Of a stretch of 64,000 nt of DNA, positions 37,959-48,211 are shown one piece after another. The notes beneath the pieces were generated by a model, which saw only the letters and a list, made by a program, of their open reading frames with translations, searched no databases and had not been told where the DNA came from. The stretch lies in assembly GCA_049591595.1 (NCBI GenBank), contig JBAWFE010000020.1, positions 17,314 through 81,313 on the forward strand, in the 5' to 3' direction. The DNA comes from Candidatus Dormiibacterota bacterium (GTDB lineage: Bacteria; Chloroflexota; Dormibacteria; Aeolococcales; Bog-877). The number at the start of each line of letters is the position of its first letter. The first letter of the stretch is position 1. Position numbers and translations under genes: made by a program.

Positions 37959-38903
37959 GTGCAGCTGATCGCCCGTTCCAGCCTCCTTGGCACCCAGCGA
38001 ATTCGTCTCGGCTCCGCTCTCGTGCTGCTCGGGGGCATCTGCGTCGGCGCTGGCGCCCTCGCCCCCACCGTCTCCGCCCGCACAGACGTCATGAACGTGG
38101 TGGCCGGAGAGAACTTCTGGGGCAGTCTGGCGAGCCAGCTGGGGGGGAAACTGGTGCAGGTCACCAGCATCGTCACCGATCCCAACGCTGATCCTCACGA
38201 ATACGAGAGCAACTCCTCCGACGCCCGGGCCTTCGCCGCCGCCCGCTTCGTGGTCCTCAACGGAGCGGGCTACGACGACTGGGCCAATCGCCTGCTCTCC
38301 GCCCAATCCGAGCCGGGCCGCCGGGTGCTGACGGTCTCGACGCTGCTCCACAAGAAGGCGGGAGACAACCCCCACTTCTGGTACGACCCCAACTACGTCG
38401 TGCGGGTAATCAACCGGATCACCTCAGATTACGAATCGCTGGAGCCTCGCTCGGCGTCCTATTTCGCCGGGCGCCACAAGGCGGTGGAGTCGGCTCTCGC
38501 CCCGTATCGCTCCCGGCTGGCGTACATCACCAAGCACTTCTCCGGGACCCCGGTAGCAGCAACCGAGAGCATCTTTCAATACTTGGCCCAGTATCTCCAT
38601 CTGGACCTGGTCACACCGGTCGCCTTCATGCAGGCGGTCTCCGAGGGAATCGACCCGCCGGCCTCAAGTGTCGCCACGTTTGATCAGCAGATTACGGGCA
38701 GACGGTTCCACGTCCTCGTCTACAACCGGCAGACGGTGTCGCCCCTGACCACCGGGATCCGCAACCGGGCGCTGGCCAAGCACATTCCGGCGGTGGCAGT
38801 ATCGGAAACAATCCAGCCGCCGACTGCGAGTTTCCAGAAGTGGATGGACGGGGAACTGGACGCACTGACCAAGGCGCTCCAGCAGACCCGAGGCAGCGGA
38901 TGA
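37959..38903 (+). CDS. znuA: metal (Zn/Mn) ABC transporter substrate-binding protein, TroA/ZnuA family
   Basis: Signal peptide then NVVAGENFWGSLASQLGG...DPHEYESN...NPHFWYDP; start refined to GTG 37959 (alternative ATG 37911); ORF track start 37524 overlaps upstream gene. Confidence 0.8.
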   Translation: MQLIARSSLLGTQRIRLGSALVLLGGICVGAGALAPTVSARTDVMNVVAGENFWGSLASQLGGKLVQVTSIVTDPNADPHEYESNSSDARAFAAARFVVLNGAGYDDWANRLLSAQSEPGRRVLTVSTLLHKKAGDNPHFWYDPNYVVRVINRITSDYESLEPRSASYFAGRHKAVESALAPYRSRLAYITKHFSGTPVAATESIFQYLAQYLHLDLVTPVAFMQAVSEGIDPPASSVATFDQQITGRRFHVLVYNRQTVSPLTTGIRNRALAKHIPAVAVSETIQPPTASFQKWMDGELDALTKALQQTRGSG

Positions 38904-39781
38904 CCGGATTGGTCCACCCGTCGGCCGGGCCGGCAGCACTGGCCGGTCGGCTTCCGGTCGTAGCCGCGCGCGACCTGGCAGCTACCTATGGCATCCAGCT
39001 GGTGTGGAGCCACGCCACCTTTGAGATCCAAGCAGGCGAGTTCGTCGCCGTGCTGGGGCCCAACGGGGCCGGCAAGTCGACGATGCTGAAACTGCTGCTC
39101 GGGTTGCTCCGACCCAGCCAGGGGACCTTGGAGGTTCTAGGGGCAGTTCCCACCCGGGGCAACCCGGCCATCGGCTACGTTCCCCAGGCCCGCGTCCTGG
39201 ATCCCGAGGTCGCCCTGCGGGGAATTGACCTCGTGCAGCTCGGCCTGGACGGCCACCGTTGGGGCTTCCGGCTCCCATTCCGGTCGGCACGGGACCAGCA
39301 CGCTCTGGTCCAAACGGCCGTCGAAGCGGTGGGAGCCCAGGCCTACGCCAATCGCCGGATCGGACAGATGTCGGGCGGCGAGCGTCAGCGTCTGCTCCTA
39401 GCCCAGGCGCTGGTGGGCGACCCCTCGCTGCTGCTGCTGGACGAGCCCCTGGCCAACCTCGACGTTCGCAACCAGGCGGCCATGGCCGAGCTGATCGGCA
39501 GTCTCGCCCGCAGCCACGGACTCTCAGTGGTGATCGTGGCCCACGATCTCAACCCCTTGCGCAGAGTCATCGATCGAGTCTGTTATGTGGCGGGGGGAGG
39601 CTTGGCCATCGGTAAGCCGGACGAGATCGTGACCTCTGAGGTGCTCTCGCGCCTCTACGGGGCTCCGGTGGAGGTCCTGGTGGACAGCCGGGGAAGACGG
39701 TTCGTGGTTGGCATCGACGAGGAGCTGGCCCACCCTCACCCCGAAGCCGAGCGCGAGCCGGCGCGACCAGGGTGGGGCTGA
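38900..39781 (+). CDS. znuC: metal ABC transporter ATP-binding protein
   Basis: LGPNGAGKSTMLKLLLG, LSGGERQRLLLAQAL, LLLDEP; ATGA overlap with znuA stop. Confidence 0.85.
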   Translation: MTGLVHPSAGPAALAGRLPVVAARDLAATYGIQLVWSHATFEIQAGEFVAVLGPNGAGKSTMLKLLLGLLRPSQGTLEVLGAVPTRGNPAIGYVPQARVLDPEVALRGIDLVQLGLDGHRWGFRLPFRSARDQHALVQTAVEAVGAQAYANRRIGQMSGGERQRLLLAQALVGDPSLLLLDEPLANLDVRNQAAMAELIGSLARSHGLSVVIVAHDLNPLRRVIDRVCYVAGGGLAIGKPDEIVTSEVLSRLYGAPVEVLVDSRGRRFVVGIDEELAHPHPEAEREPARPGWG

Positions 39782-39785
39782 GCTG

Positions 39786-40694
39786 GTGATCGAGACGCTT
39801 ACCGGGCATCTGCTGGTGGCGCAGACGACGTCGTATGCCTTCAGCTGGAACCTCCCCTCCGACCTCGGTCAGATGCTCTCCTTCGAGTTCATGCGGAACG
39901 CACTCGAGGCTGGGGTCGTGGTCTCGATCGTGGCCGGAGTGGTGGGGTACTTCGTGATCCTGCGCCGGACCGCCTTCGCCGCCCATGCCCTCTCTCATGT
40001 CGGGTTTGCCGGAGCCGCCGGGGCAGCTGTCGTCTCGGTGTCTCCGGTCTGGGGACTGTTGGTCTTCTGCCTCGGCGGCGCGGGCGTGATGGGAGCGCTT
40101 GGTCAACGGCTGCGGGAGCGGGACACGGTCATCGGAATCGTGCTCGCCTTCATGCTCGGGCTGGGAGTTCTCTTCATCTCGCTCTACACCGGGTATGCGA
40201 CCGAGGCCTACTCGATTCTGTTCGGCGAGGTGCTGGGAATCAGCACCGGAGAGGTGCAGCTGACGGCGATCATCGGCGCGATCACATTGGTGCTACTCGC
40301 CGCGATGTATCGCCCACTGCTATTCGCTTCGGTGGACGAAGAGGTGGCCGAAGCACGCGGAGTGCCCACCCGCTTGCTCGCGATCGGATTCATGGGCACC
40401 CTGGCGCTGGCGGTGGCAGTCGCCGTTCAGGTTGTCGGGGTGTTGCTCATCTTTTCGCTGCTGGTCACTCCGGCCGCCATCGCCGACCGGCTGACGAGCC
40501 GGCCCGCCACCGCCATGTTGGTGTCGGTCGTGACTGCCTTAGCCTGCACGCTGGTCGGTCTGGCGATCGCCTTCTACATCCCGGTGCCGGTGAGCGTGTT
40601 CATCACCAGCTTGGCGTTCGGTACTTATCTGGTGGTGCGCTGGGCCCCTCTGCTGCGTCCGAATCGCCCGCTTTCACCCGGGAGTACCGTGTGA
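39786..40694 (+). CDS. znuB: metal ABC transporter permease
   Basis: ~300 aa, 8-9 TM, ZnuB/TroCD-like; GTG start 5 nt after znuC stop. Confidence 0.8.
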   Translation: MIETLTGHLLVAQTTSYAFSWNLPSDLGQMLSFEFMRNALEAGVVVSIVAGVVGYFVILRRTAFAAHALSHVGFAGAAGAAVVSVSPVWGLLVFCLGGAGVMGALGQRLRERDTVIGIVLAFMLGLGVLFISLYTGYATEAYSILFGEVLGISTGEVQLTAIIGAITLVLLAAMYRPLLFASVDEEVAEARGVPTRLLAIGFMGTLALAVAVAVQVVGVLLIFSLLVTPAAIADRLTSRPATAMLVSVVTALACTLVGLAIAFYIPVPVSVFITSLAFGTYLVVRWAPLLRPNRPLSPGSTV

Positions 40695-41188
40695 CCGTGA
40701 GCAGCTCCAGCGAGCTAAAGTCCGACCCGCACTCTCCGGGCGGACCGTCGGGTCCGGAGTCCGATGTTCATGTCGGGGTCGGCAACCGGTTGACCTCGAT
40801 CCGCCAGCGGTACACCGGGGGCCGACGACTCCTAGTGGAAGCGCTGATGCGCGCCGGGCGCCCGCTCACCGTCTCCGAGATCGTGGATGTTCGCCCCGCT
40901 CTTCCACCGAGCACGGCCTACCGCAACCTGGCGGTGCTGGAGCAGGCAACGGTGGTGCGCCGGGTCCAGCTGAGTGGCGAGTTCGCCCGATACGAGTTGA
41001 GCGAGGAACTAACCCGGCACCATCACCACCTGGTCTGCGTCGACTGTGGCTCGGTTGTAGATGTGACCGCTCCGGCCCGCCTCGAGGCGGACGTCACCGC
41101 CACCGCCAAGGAGGTGGCGGCCGCGGCCGGATTCCGTCTCGAGAGTCACCGACTGGACCTGATCGGACACTGCCAGACGTGCTCCTGA
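40691..41188 (+). CDS. zur: Fur family transcriptional regulator (likely Zur)
   Basis: HHHHLVCVDCGSVVDV metal site, winged-helix N-domain; GTGA overlap with znuB. Confidence 0.8.
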   Translation: MTVSSSSELKSDPHSPGGPSGPESDVHVGVGNRLTSIRQRYTGGRRLLVEALMRAGRPLTVSEIVDVRPALPPSTAYRNLAVLEQATVVRRVQLSGEFARYELSEELTRHHHHLVCVDCGSVVDVTAPARLEADVTATAKEVAAAAGFRLESHRLDLIGHCQTCS

Positions 41189-41210
41189 CCGCCTTCTGCC
41201 TGACCAGCGC

Positions 41211-42131
41211 CTAAGATCCGCTGGCGGGAGCCTCCGCCCTAACCGGCTCTACCGAACCACGCGGACCACTGCGGGCGGAGCGCCCGGCGCGCGTCGCCAG
41301 GATCGAGCCGCCCAACACCAGAGCGAAGCCGAACCCAATTGCGAATGTGAAGTGCTCGTGGAGCAGCGCGACTCCCAGCGCCACCGCCACGGCGGGGTTG
41401 ATGTAGGTGATCACGGTCGCTCGCACGGCGCCCACCTCGGCAATCAGGGCGAAGAAGACCAAGAAGGCGACAGCTGTGCAGACCACCCCCAAGGCCAGCA
41501 CCGCCAAGATCACCGTCAGGGACGGCATGTGGGTGGGTCGCTCGGCGATTGCAACTGGCGCATATAGGACCGTACAGATGACGAGCGAGCCGCTGACAAC
41601 TCCGAGGCTGGGAAGATCGGAAAGTCTTCGGGCCAGGATCTGCGGGCCGGCGGCGTAGCAGCACACAACCACCGCCATCTCGAGCATGGAGCCAACCGTG
41701 ATATGGCCCAGATCGAACCCAAGTACGGCGCCCACCCCCGCCACCCCCATAAGGAGCCCCAGCAGACGCGCCCCGGTGAGCCGATCCTGGGTTCCGCTGG
41801 CCCAGACGATCGCCACCCCCACGAGCGGCACCGCCGCCACCAGCAGCCCCGAAAGCGAGCTCGAGATGCGCGTCTCCGCATCTGAGAGCAGGAGCCAGGC
41901 GATGGCGATCTCGACCAGGGAGTACACAAGGAGCGGCCGCCATTTGGCGAGCAGCGGGCGTATTTGTCCACGACCCAACGCAATCGGCAGCAGCAACACA
42001 GTTCCTATCGCCGTGCGCGCGAACACCAGATCCGCTGGCGCGAGGTGACGGACGGCCACTTTTATGAGCAGATAGGGAATGCCCCAGATGACGCACATCG
42101 CCCCGAAGAGCACCCATCCGCGCCGACTCAT
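41211..42131 (-). CDS. DMT/EamA family transporter
   Basis: 306 aa, 10 TM; convergent with zur. Confidence 0.75.
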   Translation of the reverse strand: MSRRGWVLFGAMCVIWGIPYLLIKVAVRHLAPADLVFARTAIGTVLLLPIALGRGQIRPLLAKWRPLLVYSLVEIAIAWLLLSDAETRISSSLSGLLVAAVPLVGVAIVWASGTQDRLTGARLLGLLMGVAGVGAVLGFDLGHITVGSMLEMAVVVCCYAAGPQILARRLSDLPSLGVVSGSLVICTVLYAPVAIAERPTHMPSLTVILAVLALGVVCTAVAFLVFFALIAEVGAVRATVITYINPAVAVALGVALLHEHFTFAIGFGFALVLGGSILATRAGRSARSGPRGSVEPVRAEAPASGS

Positions 42132-42331
42132 CGCACAAGCCTCCCGCGTGCTCCACGGCGGTCCGCCCTCCCTCGCCGATGGGGATAGGGCCCAATTCTG
42201 GTGAGGCTACCGTCCTCGGCCCTGCGGCCGCCATCCGGATTCCGCACGCAGCAGTCGCCCCGCCTTGTCCCCTAGGCTGGATTTGGCACTGCGGAGAGTA
42301 CTCCGAGAGCTTCCTGTGAGCGGACCTTGAC

Positions 42332-43321
42332 TCATGGAGCGGCCGCATAGAACGGACGAAATCCAAACTTGTAGCTAGCCAGCGGACCCACCATCTTGGT
42401 CGCTCGCGCCCAAGACAACACCGGTGGGACGACGAACGCGCTGCACGTGAAAAAGATAGAACCAGAGGGGTTGTTCGTGCCACTGCCAGAGCTGCGAAGA
42501 TTGTTCAGGAGACGCACCATCGTGGCTTGCCTCGAAGTGAAGAATAAAGCAAGCTGATCGCCAGCTTCTCCCGCTAAACAACCCGGTTGATCGGCATCCT
42601 GACCCATAGACCCGTCCAACAGAATGACTGCCCTGGCGCCGGGTGTAAGCATGTCCCCGCCCATCGTCAGTCTGGGGAACTCTGCAGTCCCACTCATAGT
42701 CGGTGGCGAACCGTAGTCAAAATAATCGGTACTGGCCGTGCCGGTGCCCGAAGGACTCGGAAGAGGCGTGGGAGGAACCACACTGCCAGCGGCGTCATGC
42801 AAGACCAATGCTTTCGGAAACGCCGGCAGGCGGCACATCTTAGAGGAGGTATTGCTGAGGGTGATTCCTTCCTGGATGTTCGACAGCGCCGGGAGATTGG
42901 TCCAATACCGGCCCTTCAGTTGGTGCGCGTCACAGATCGCTGCCGAGAGCGGCGCCGGGTGGGATGTCGGGGTGGAAGACCGAGTGGGGCCGGGCCGGCT
43001 CGAAATCGGGCCCGTCGCTGCCCAGCCGGCTACCACCCCAAAGCCAGCTACTGCCAGGGCCACCTCTCCCCAGTACCGCAGGTCTCGGCGGCTCATCGGC
43101 GACACCCCATAGCGGCGTATGGCTGGATGCGGGCGGCGCACAGGGAAGTCGACCCGTGCTGCAACCGCTAACGGTCCAGGTCCCTCCTCGGTTACCGGAA
43201 GGGGCGCTCGCGGCACCTCGGCATCACCTGGCAGCGCTCGTAGAATTGAGACTCTCATGCGTCGAGTCAGCTGACCGGAAGGCGCCGATTGATCAGCAAG
43301 GAGCCACTGAATGACAGACAC
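42332..43321 (-). CDS. membrane-anchored secreted protein, DUF4232-like
   Basis: TM anchor VALAVAGFGVVAGWAATG then C..L..G.....TLSNTS..C.L.AFP..LVLHDAAG pattern; likely start at internal Met ~43096. Confidence 0.5.
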   Translation of the reverse strand: MSVIQWLLADQSAPSGQLTRRMRVSILRALPGDAEVPRAPLPVTEEGPGPLAVAARVDFPVRRPHPAIRRYGVSPMSRRDLRYWGEVALAVAGFGVVAGWAATGPISSRPGPTRSSTPTSHPAPLSAAICDAHQLKGRYWTNLPALSNIQEGITLSNTSSKMCRLPAFPKALVLHDAAGSVVPPTPLPSPSGTGTASTDYFDYGSPPTMSGTAEFPRLTMGGDMLTPGARAVILLDGSMGQDADQPGCLAGEAGDQLALFFTSRQATMVRLLNNLRSSGSGTNNPSGSIFFTCSAFVVPPVLSWARATKMVGPLASYKFGFRPFYAAAP

Positions 43322-43617
43322 GAGGAGATCCGCCGGAACGCCCCCGGGCTACGTAGTGCTGCGCCAGGTAGGTGAGGGCGCGTGGCACCTGGTCGGGGAG
43401 GCTGACCGTCGACCAGGACTGACTGCGCGCGCGGCGCGCATTCAGGCCGTGGAAGATGCGACCAACGGGACCGCCACGAAGGAAGAGGTGTACGCGGCTA
43501 TCTTGAGAAGCGAGTGGCGTATCTCATTCGAGCTTTAGGCCTGTTCGGCCCAGACGGTGCGTCGCCGCGGCTCCTCGGGCCCGGGGAGGTGCGTGCCCGT
43601 CACCTGATGATAGGCCG

Positions 43618-44184
43618 GTGACACCCGACCCCGACCGCCGTCAGATCATCTTCCTCAATGGCACGACCAGCTCCGGCAAAACGAGCCTCGCCAAGGCGCT
43701 GCTGCCCATTCTGCCAGAACCGTTCTTCTATCTCTCGGTCGACAGTTTTAACTCGATGCGAGACCAACGGTATATGGACGCCGAGGAATTGTCCGAAGTA
43801 CTGGAGCGCACGGTTCGCGGCTTTCATCGCGCGGTGACCGGGATGGTGGGTGCGGGCAACAACGTGGTCGTAGACCATGTTCTGCGCGAGCGTTCCTGGT
43901 TGATCGACTGCCTCAATCTGTTTGACGGCGGTGACGTGGTCTTCGTAGGGGTTCACTGCGCTCTTCCGGAGTTGGAACGCCGCGAGAGGCTGCGCGGAGA
44001 CCGAGTGCCGGGCCGTGCGGCCTACCAGCTCGAACGGGTCCACGCTCATACCCTCTACGATGTGGAATGTGCCACTGATACCAACACCCCCTCGGAGTGC
44101 GCTGAACTGATCTTGTCAGCGGTAACATCGCCGTCTGTCTCACGAGCGTTTGACCGCATGCAGGCTGGTGACCGTCCGTCGTGA
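43618..44184 (+). CDS. chloramphenicol-phosphotransferase-like P-loop kinase
   Basis: IIFLNGTTSSGKTSLAKAL...FFYLSVDSF; lower GC than surroundings. Confidence 0.65.
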   Translation: MTPDPDRRQIIFLNGTTSSGKTSLAKALLPILPEPFFYLSVDSFNSMRDQRYMDAEELSEVLERTVRGFHRAVTGMVGAGNNVVVDHVLRERSWLIDCLNLFDGGDVVFVGVHCALPELERRERLRGDRVPGRAAYQLERVHAHTLYDVECATDTNTPSECAELILSAVTSPSVSRAFDRMQAGDRPS

Positions 44185-44446
44185 CTCAGAGCGTGTCGCT
44201 GTAATTCGCTCCTCGGTAAACGCGTCCACCACACTGCTGTCCGAGAGGACCGCTGGTGGCCAGCCCGAATTGTCCAGGCGGTTCCCCAGCTTCGCTGAGT
44301 TCTGACCGCGCGATCAGCGACGTCATGACCGACCGCTGAACTGCGGTCGAACGTCCTCGGCCCATCCGTCTGCCCCCAGAATTCGGTTTGTAGCAGAATG
44401 GCGGCTATCGTCCGGTCCCAACCAGGGAATCGGAGTTAGACGGAGT

Positions 44447-44830
44447 TTGAGCTTGTCCGCAAGTGCCGACTTGCCAGCGGAAGTCCCGAAGGGCGAGGGA
44501 CACTACGTCACGTCCGGGCCACGGCATCGGACCGAAGCGTTTTTTGTCAACGTGGCGGAACTGTCCCAGGGAAAGCATGACCGGCCCGGTAAGACTGCCA
44601 GCGGCCCGGGTAAGTCGCGGCTGACCCGCAGCGACCTCATCTTCATGCTGGACGCCAAGAAACGTGACTGGCGAAAATCCCGAGCTACCCCAGCCGAGCG
44701 GAATATCGTCCTGCGGATCGGTCGAAAACTGGAGCGCCAGGGGTTGACTGCCGGCGAGTTCGCCACGGTGTCGTTCGGCATTTCGCGTTCGACGTACTCG
44801 AACTGGAAGAAGCTGGCCAGGCGATCCTAG
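44447..44830 (+). CDS. hypothetical small protein with C-terminal HTH-like segment (possible IS OrfA-like remnant)
   Basis: LTAGEFATVSFGISRSTYSNWKKLARRS. Confidence 0.25.
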   Translation: MSLSASADLPAEVPKGEGHYVTSGPRHRTEAFFVNVAELSQGKHDRPGKTASGPGKSRLTRSDLIFMLDAKKRDWRKSRATPAERNIVLRIGRKLERQGLTAGEFATVSFGISRSTYSNWKKLARRS

Positions 44831-44897
44831 GCGCCACTCGGACACGACCATCGGTGATCGTGGCAACCCGGTCGAGATGCGACTGCGTGCGCTGCGG

Positions 44898-46733
44898 TTA
44901 CGGTCTCTCGGCGAAGGACGCAAGATGTCGAGCCAGGAAGGATGCGGCCCTCGGGAAGGCGTCCAGTCGATTCGATCGCTTGGCCAGGCCATGGCCCTCG
45001 TCATCGTAGACCAGCAGCTCGCACTCCACGCCGTTTGCCCGTACCGCTGCTACCAGTTGATTGGCTTCACTCAGGGGCACGCGGGGGTCGTTGGCTCCAT
45101 GGATGACGAAGAGGGGAGCCGTGATCTGGCCAACACGACAGATCGGCGATGCCGAAAGTAGAAACTCTCGGTCGTACTCCAGCGACCCGTACTCGGGCTC
45201 GCGGAGTGCCCTACGGTAAGCCGACGTATTCTCCAGAAACGTCACCAGGGACGATATCCCCACGATGTCTACTCCAGCCGCCCACAGGGCAGGCTGAAAG
45301 GCGAGCCCCGCGAGCACCATGTACCCGCCGTATGAGCCTCCCCACAACGCTGCGCGCCCGGGGTCAAGTCCCACGGTCGGCAGCCAGGCATGAAGGGCGG
45401 CGAGGTCCTCGATTGAATCGAGGCGGCGGTGCCGATCGTCCGCCGAGTACCACCGCTTGCCGTACCCGGTCGAGCCCCTTACGTTGGGCCGCAGTACGGT
45501 GTATCCGGCCGCGGCCAGTCCCTGGGTCACCGGGTCGAAGGTTCGTACCGATTGCGACTCCGGCCCTCCGTGGATGTAGAGCACGGCGGCACCGTCCAGC
45601 GACGGATCGATCGGCTCCTGGCTCCGATACACGAAGCAGGGAATCAGTTCTCCGTCTCGGGTGGGAACGCGATGCGCACTCGGCTCGACTAGGCTGCTGC
45701 CTGCGGGCAATCCCGTGCTCTCTGCGACAGTGCTGACCAGTCCGGTCGCGACGTCGATTCGCAGGACACTCCCAGGGACGGTAGCACTCGAGTAGGACAG
45801 CGCGATGAACCGCGAATCTGGTGACCAGATCGGGTCTGGTCGCGCCGGTGCTCCGGTCCAGCCGTCGCCCGGCAATTCGACGGGACGAAGCATCTCACCG
45901 GTGGTGGCGTCGTTTAGGGATAGTCGAGCTGCTCCGTCATCGTTGGATCGGACGAGCACTAGACGACGACTCGGAGAAACCCACCCGGTGACTTCACGGC
46001 CCGCGAAGGAGACCAGCTCTGTCCAATGACCCGTCAACAAGTCGACTCGTGCGATTACCGTAAACTCGCGATCCCGATCGGTAGTCACGATTATGGATCC
46101 GGCACTCGGATCCCAGTACGGATGAAAGTGTTGCGCGCACTCCTGCTGTTCGGTCAGCTCTCGCACGCCGTCGGCGGTGGATTCCACCAGCACCAGCTGT
46201 TCGGACATCGGCTGCTTCGCCGCTCGAACCAATATCGCCCTCTGTCCGTCCGGAGAGAGTGACACCTCATCGATCCCGCCACCTTGGTCGTAGATGACAG
46301 TCTCGACTCCGCTCGGAATCTCCCGCGCGACAACGTCGAAATCCACACTATTGCGACGATTTGTTGTGTACAGCACTCGGCCAGCGACGACATCCACCAG
46401 ATTGTGGAAGAAGCGCTCGTCGCGCACGAGGGGCACCATCCCCTCGACACCGACTGGTGCAGCTGGCAACGGGTCAAGTGAGAGAAGTGACAGCTGGTTA
46501 CGCTCGTTGCCGCCCTGATCGTGCTCGACCACAACGGATCGAGTGCCGGGCAGGTAGCGGCCGGAGCAATCCCCGGGCAGAGCCGTCAGCTGGGTGGCCG
46601 TTCCATCCAGTGCCAGTTCAACCAGCTGGACCGAACCGGTGCCGTCGTAGCCGGCCAGAATCCGACCGGCGTCGTCGATGTCGAACGCCGTCCAGAGCCG
46701 CAGCTCCAGCAGAGCACTCATTGCGAACCCCAT
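44898..46733 (-). CDS. S9 family serine peptidase (prolyl oligopeptidase/dipeptidyl aminopeptidase-like) with N-terminal beta-propeller
   Basis: GGSYGGYMVLAGL nucleophile elbow, HGANDPRVP, YIHGGPESQ; ORF track start (46847) overlaps the tRNA, so Met 46733 is preferred. Confidence 0.8.
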   Translation of the reverse strand: MGFAMSALLELRLWTAFDIDDAGRILAGYDGTGSVQLVELALDGTATQLTALPGDCSGRYLPGTRSVVVEHDQGGNERNQLSLLSLDPLPAAPVGVEGMVPLVRDERFFHNLVDVVAGRVLYTTNRRNSVDFDVVAREIPSGVETVIYDQGGGIDEVSLSPDGQRAILVRAAKQPMSEQLVLVESTADGVRELTEQQECAQHFHPYWDPSAGSIIVTTDRDREFTVIARVDLLTGHWTELVSFAGREVTGWVSPSRRLVLVRSNDDGAARLSLNDATTGEMLRPVELPGDGWTGAPARPDPIWSPDSRFIALSYSSATVPGSVLRIDVATGLVSTVAESTGLPAGSSLVEPSAHRVPTRDGELIPCFVYRSQEPIDPSLDGAAVLYIHGGPESQSVRTFDPVTQGLAAAGYTVLRPNVRGSTGYGKRWYSADDRHRRLDSIEDLAALHAWLPTVGLDPGRAALWGGSYGGYMVLAGLAFQPALWAAGVDIVGISSLVTFLENTSAYRRALREPEYGSLEYDREFLLSASPICRVGQITAPLFVIHGANDPRVPLSEANQLVAAVRANGVECELLVYDDEGHGLAKRSNRLDAFPRAASFLARHLASFAERP

Positions 46734-46748
46734 GCCCGGGATCGTATC

Positions 46749-46823
<75 letters not shown>

Positions 46824-46880
46824 CGGCGATCGCCGAAGCGGCGCCACTCCTCTTGGAGGGCCGCTCAGCAGGAACCCAGC

Positions 46881-47198
46881 CTACTCGTCCTCGTCGCCGA
46901 TGGTGAACATCAGCCCGTCCTGGACGTCGTACAGGGCATCCATCCACTCCGCGATGACCACTTCATCGGCCCGGCGCCGCCCCAGAGGGTGTCCCTCTTT
47001 GGCGAGCAGGCGCCGGCATTGGTTGCGCAGCGGGAGCGGTACTACCACCTCCTCGGCGATGTTGAGCTGCTCCAGTTCGTTCAGGAGCCGGTCGATGAAG
47101 AGGATCTTGTTGCGGCGGGCGTTGCGCTCCCGGCGCTCGATGTGGTCGGACTCATAGAGTTTGGAGATCTCGTGGGAGGTTTCAGAGATGGTGGGCAA
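46881..47198 (-). CDS. hypothetical conserved-looking protein
   Basis: 105 aa MPTISETSHEISKLYESDHIERRERNARRNKILFIDRLLNELEQL...; acidic C-terminus. Confidence 0.5.
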   Translation of the reverse strand: MPTISETSHEISKLYESDHIERRERNARRNKILFIDRLLNELEQLNIAEEVVVPLPLRNQCRRLLAKEGHPLGRRRADEVVIAEWMDALYDVQDGLMFTIGDEDE

Positions 47199-47365
47199 GT
47201 TCTGTCCCTTGAATCCGCGCGACCGGAGATGTTCGGCTCCCTCGCCCGAGCGGGAGGGTGCAACTCAATCCTAGATGGCACCCTGAGATGCGTCAAGGTG
47301 CCGTGAGGGGCTGCTCGAATTAGCGGGAACCCGCCGCGGTGACCCGTCCGAGACCGGAGTCGAGG

Positions 47366-48190
47366 CTAGCTGGCAATTCCATCGGCCAGCCGGAGCAGGG
47401 GTCCGGGAGCCCTCTCCAAGTCCCCGGTCGCGATCGCCAGCGGGCCGTCAGCCGTCTCCACCAGAAGCTCACCACCGTCCGAGATGCCCAGCACTCGACC
47501 CGAGACTCGGCCGGAGCTATGTTCGGCCACGACCACTTGCCCAATCCACGCGGCATGGCGGAGCCATTCGGGACGGACCACGCCGAAGCCCCCCCGCTCC
47601 CAGTCTCGGTAGCGGGCCGCCAGCCGGCCCAGTATCGCCTCGGCCAACACCGTGCGATCCACAGTGAAACCCTCCCGATCGCAGGCCGTGGCGGTCCGAC
47701 GGAGATCGGGCGGCAGCTCGGCGCCAACCCAACTGACATTGCAGCCGATCCCGATAACCACGATCCGCTCCCCTTCGCTCGGAGTTGAGGTCTCGGCCAA
47801 GACTCCCGCCAACTTGCGTTCACGGCAGAGGCAGTCGTTGGGCCACTTGAGCTGAGCGCTGGGACCGCCAGCCAGCTCGAGCCCTTCCACAACGGCCAGT
47901 CCGGCAACCAGGCTGAGGGTCGACCAAGTGGCAATCATCGCCGTGGGCCGAAGCAGCACCGAGAGCATCAAAGAGCTCCCCGCCGGTGCGATCCAGCTTC
48001 TCCCGGAGCGCCCCCTGCCCGAGAGCTGCTCGTCGGCCAGCACGACCAGTCCCTCTTCAGCGCCGGCCGCGGCGGCAGTCGCGACCAGGTCCTGAGTGCT
48101 GCTGACCCGGGCGTAATGGCGCAGCTGGAAGCCCAGCGGCGAGTTCGCGAGCCCCCTCTTCAGTCGCCTCAAGTCGAGACTTTGCGTCAC
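47366..48190 (-). CDS. birA: biotin--[acetyl-CoA-carboxylase] ligase (group I, no HTH)
   Basis: GRGRSGRSW biotin-binding motif, KWPNDCLC, KLAGVLAE. Confidence 0.85.
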   Translation of the reverse strand: MTQSLDLRRLKRGLANSPLGFQLRHYARVSSTQDLVATAAAAGAEEGLVVLADEQLSGRGRSGRSWIAPAGSSLMLSVLLRPTAMIATWSTLSLVAGLAVVEGLELAGGPSAQLKWPNDCLCRERKLAGVLAETSTPSEGERIVVIGIGCNVSWVGAELPPDLRRTATACDREGFTVDRTVLAEAILGRLAARYRDWERGGFGVVRPEWLRHAAWIGQVVVAEHSSGRVSGRVLGISDGGELLVETADGPLAIATGDLERAPGPLLRLADGIAS

Positions 48191-48211
48191 TTCGATGACA
48201 GTCCGTCTGAG

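Noticed and set aside
41239-42483. 414-aa ORF overlapping the DMT transporter and beyond
   Set aside because: Arg/Gly-rich low-complexity. The frame-shifted transporter reading is coherent.
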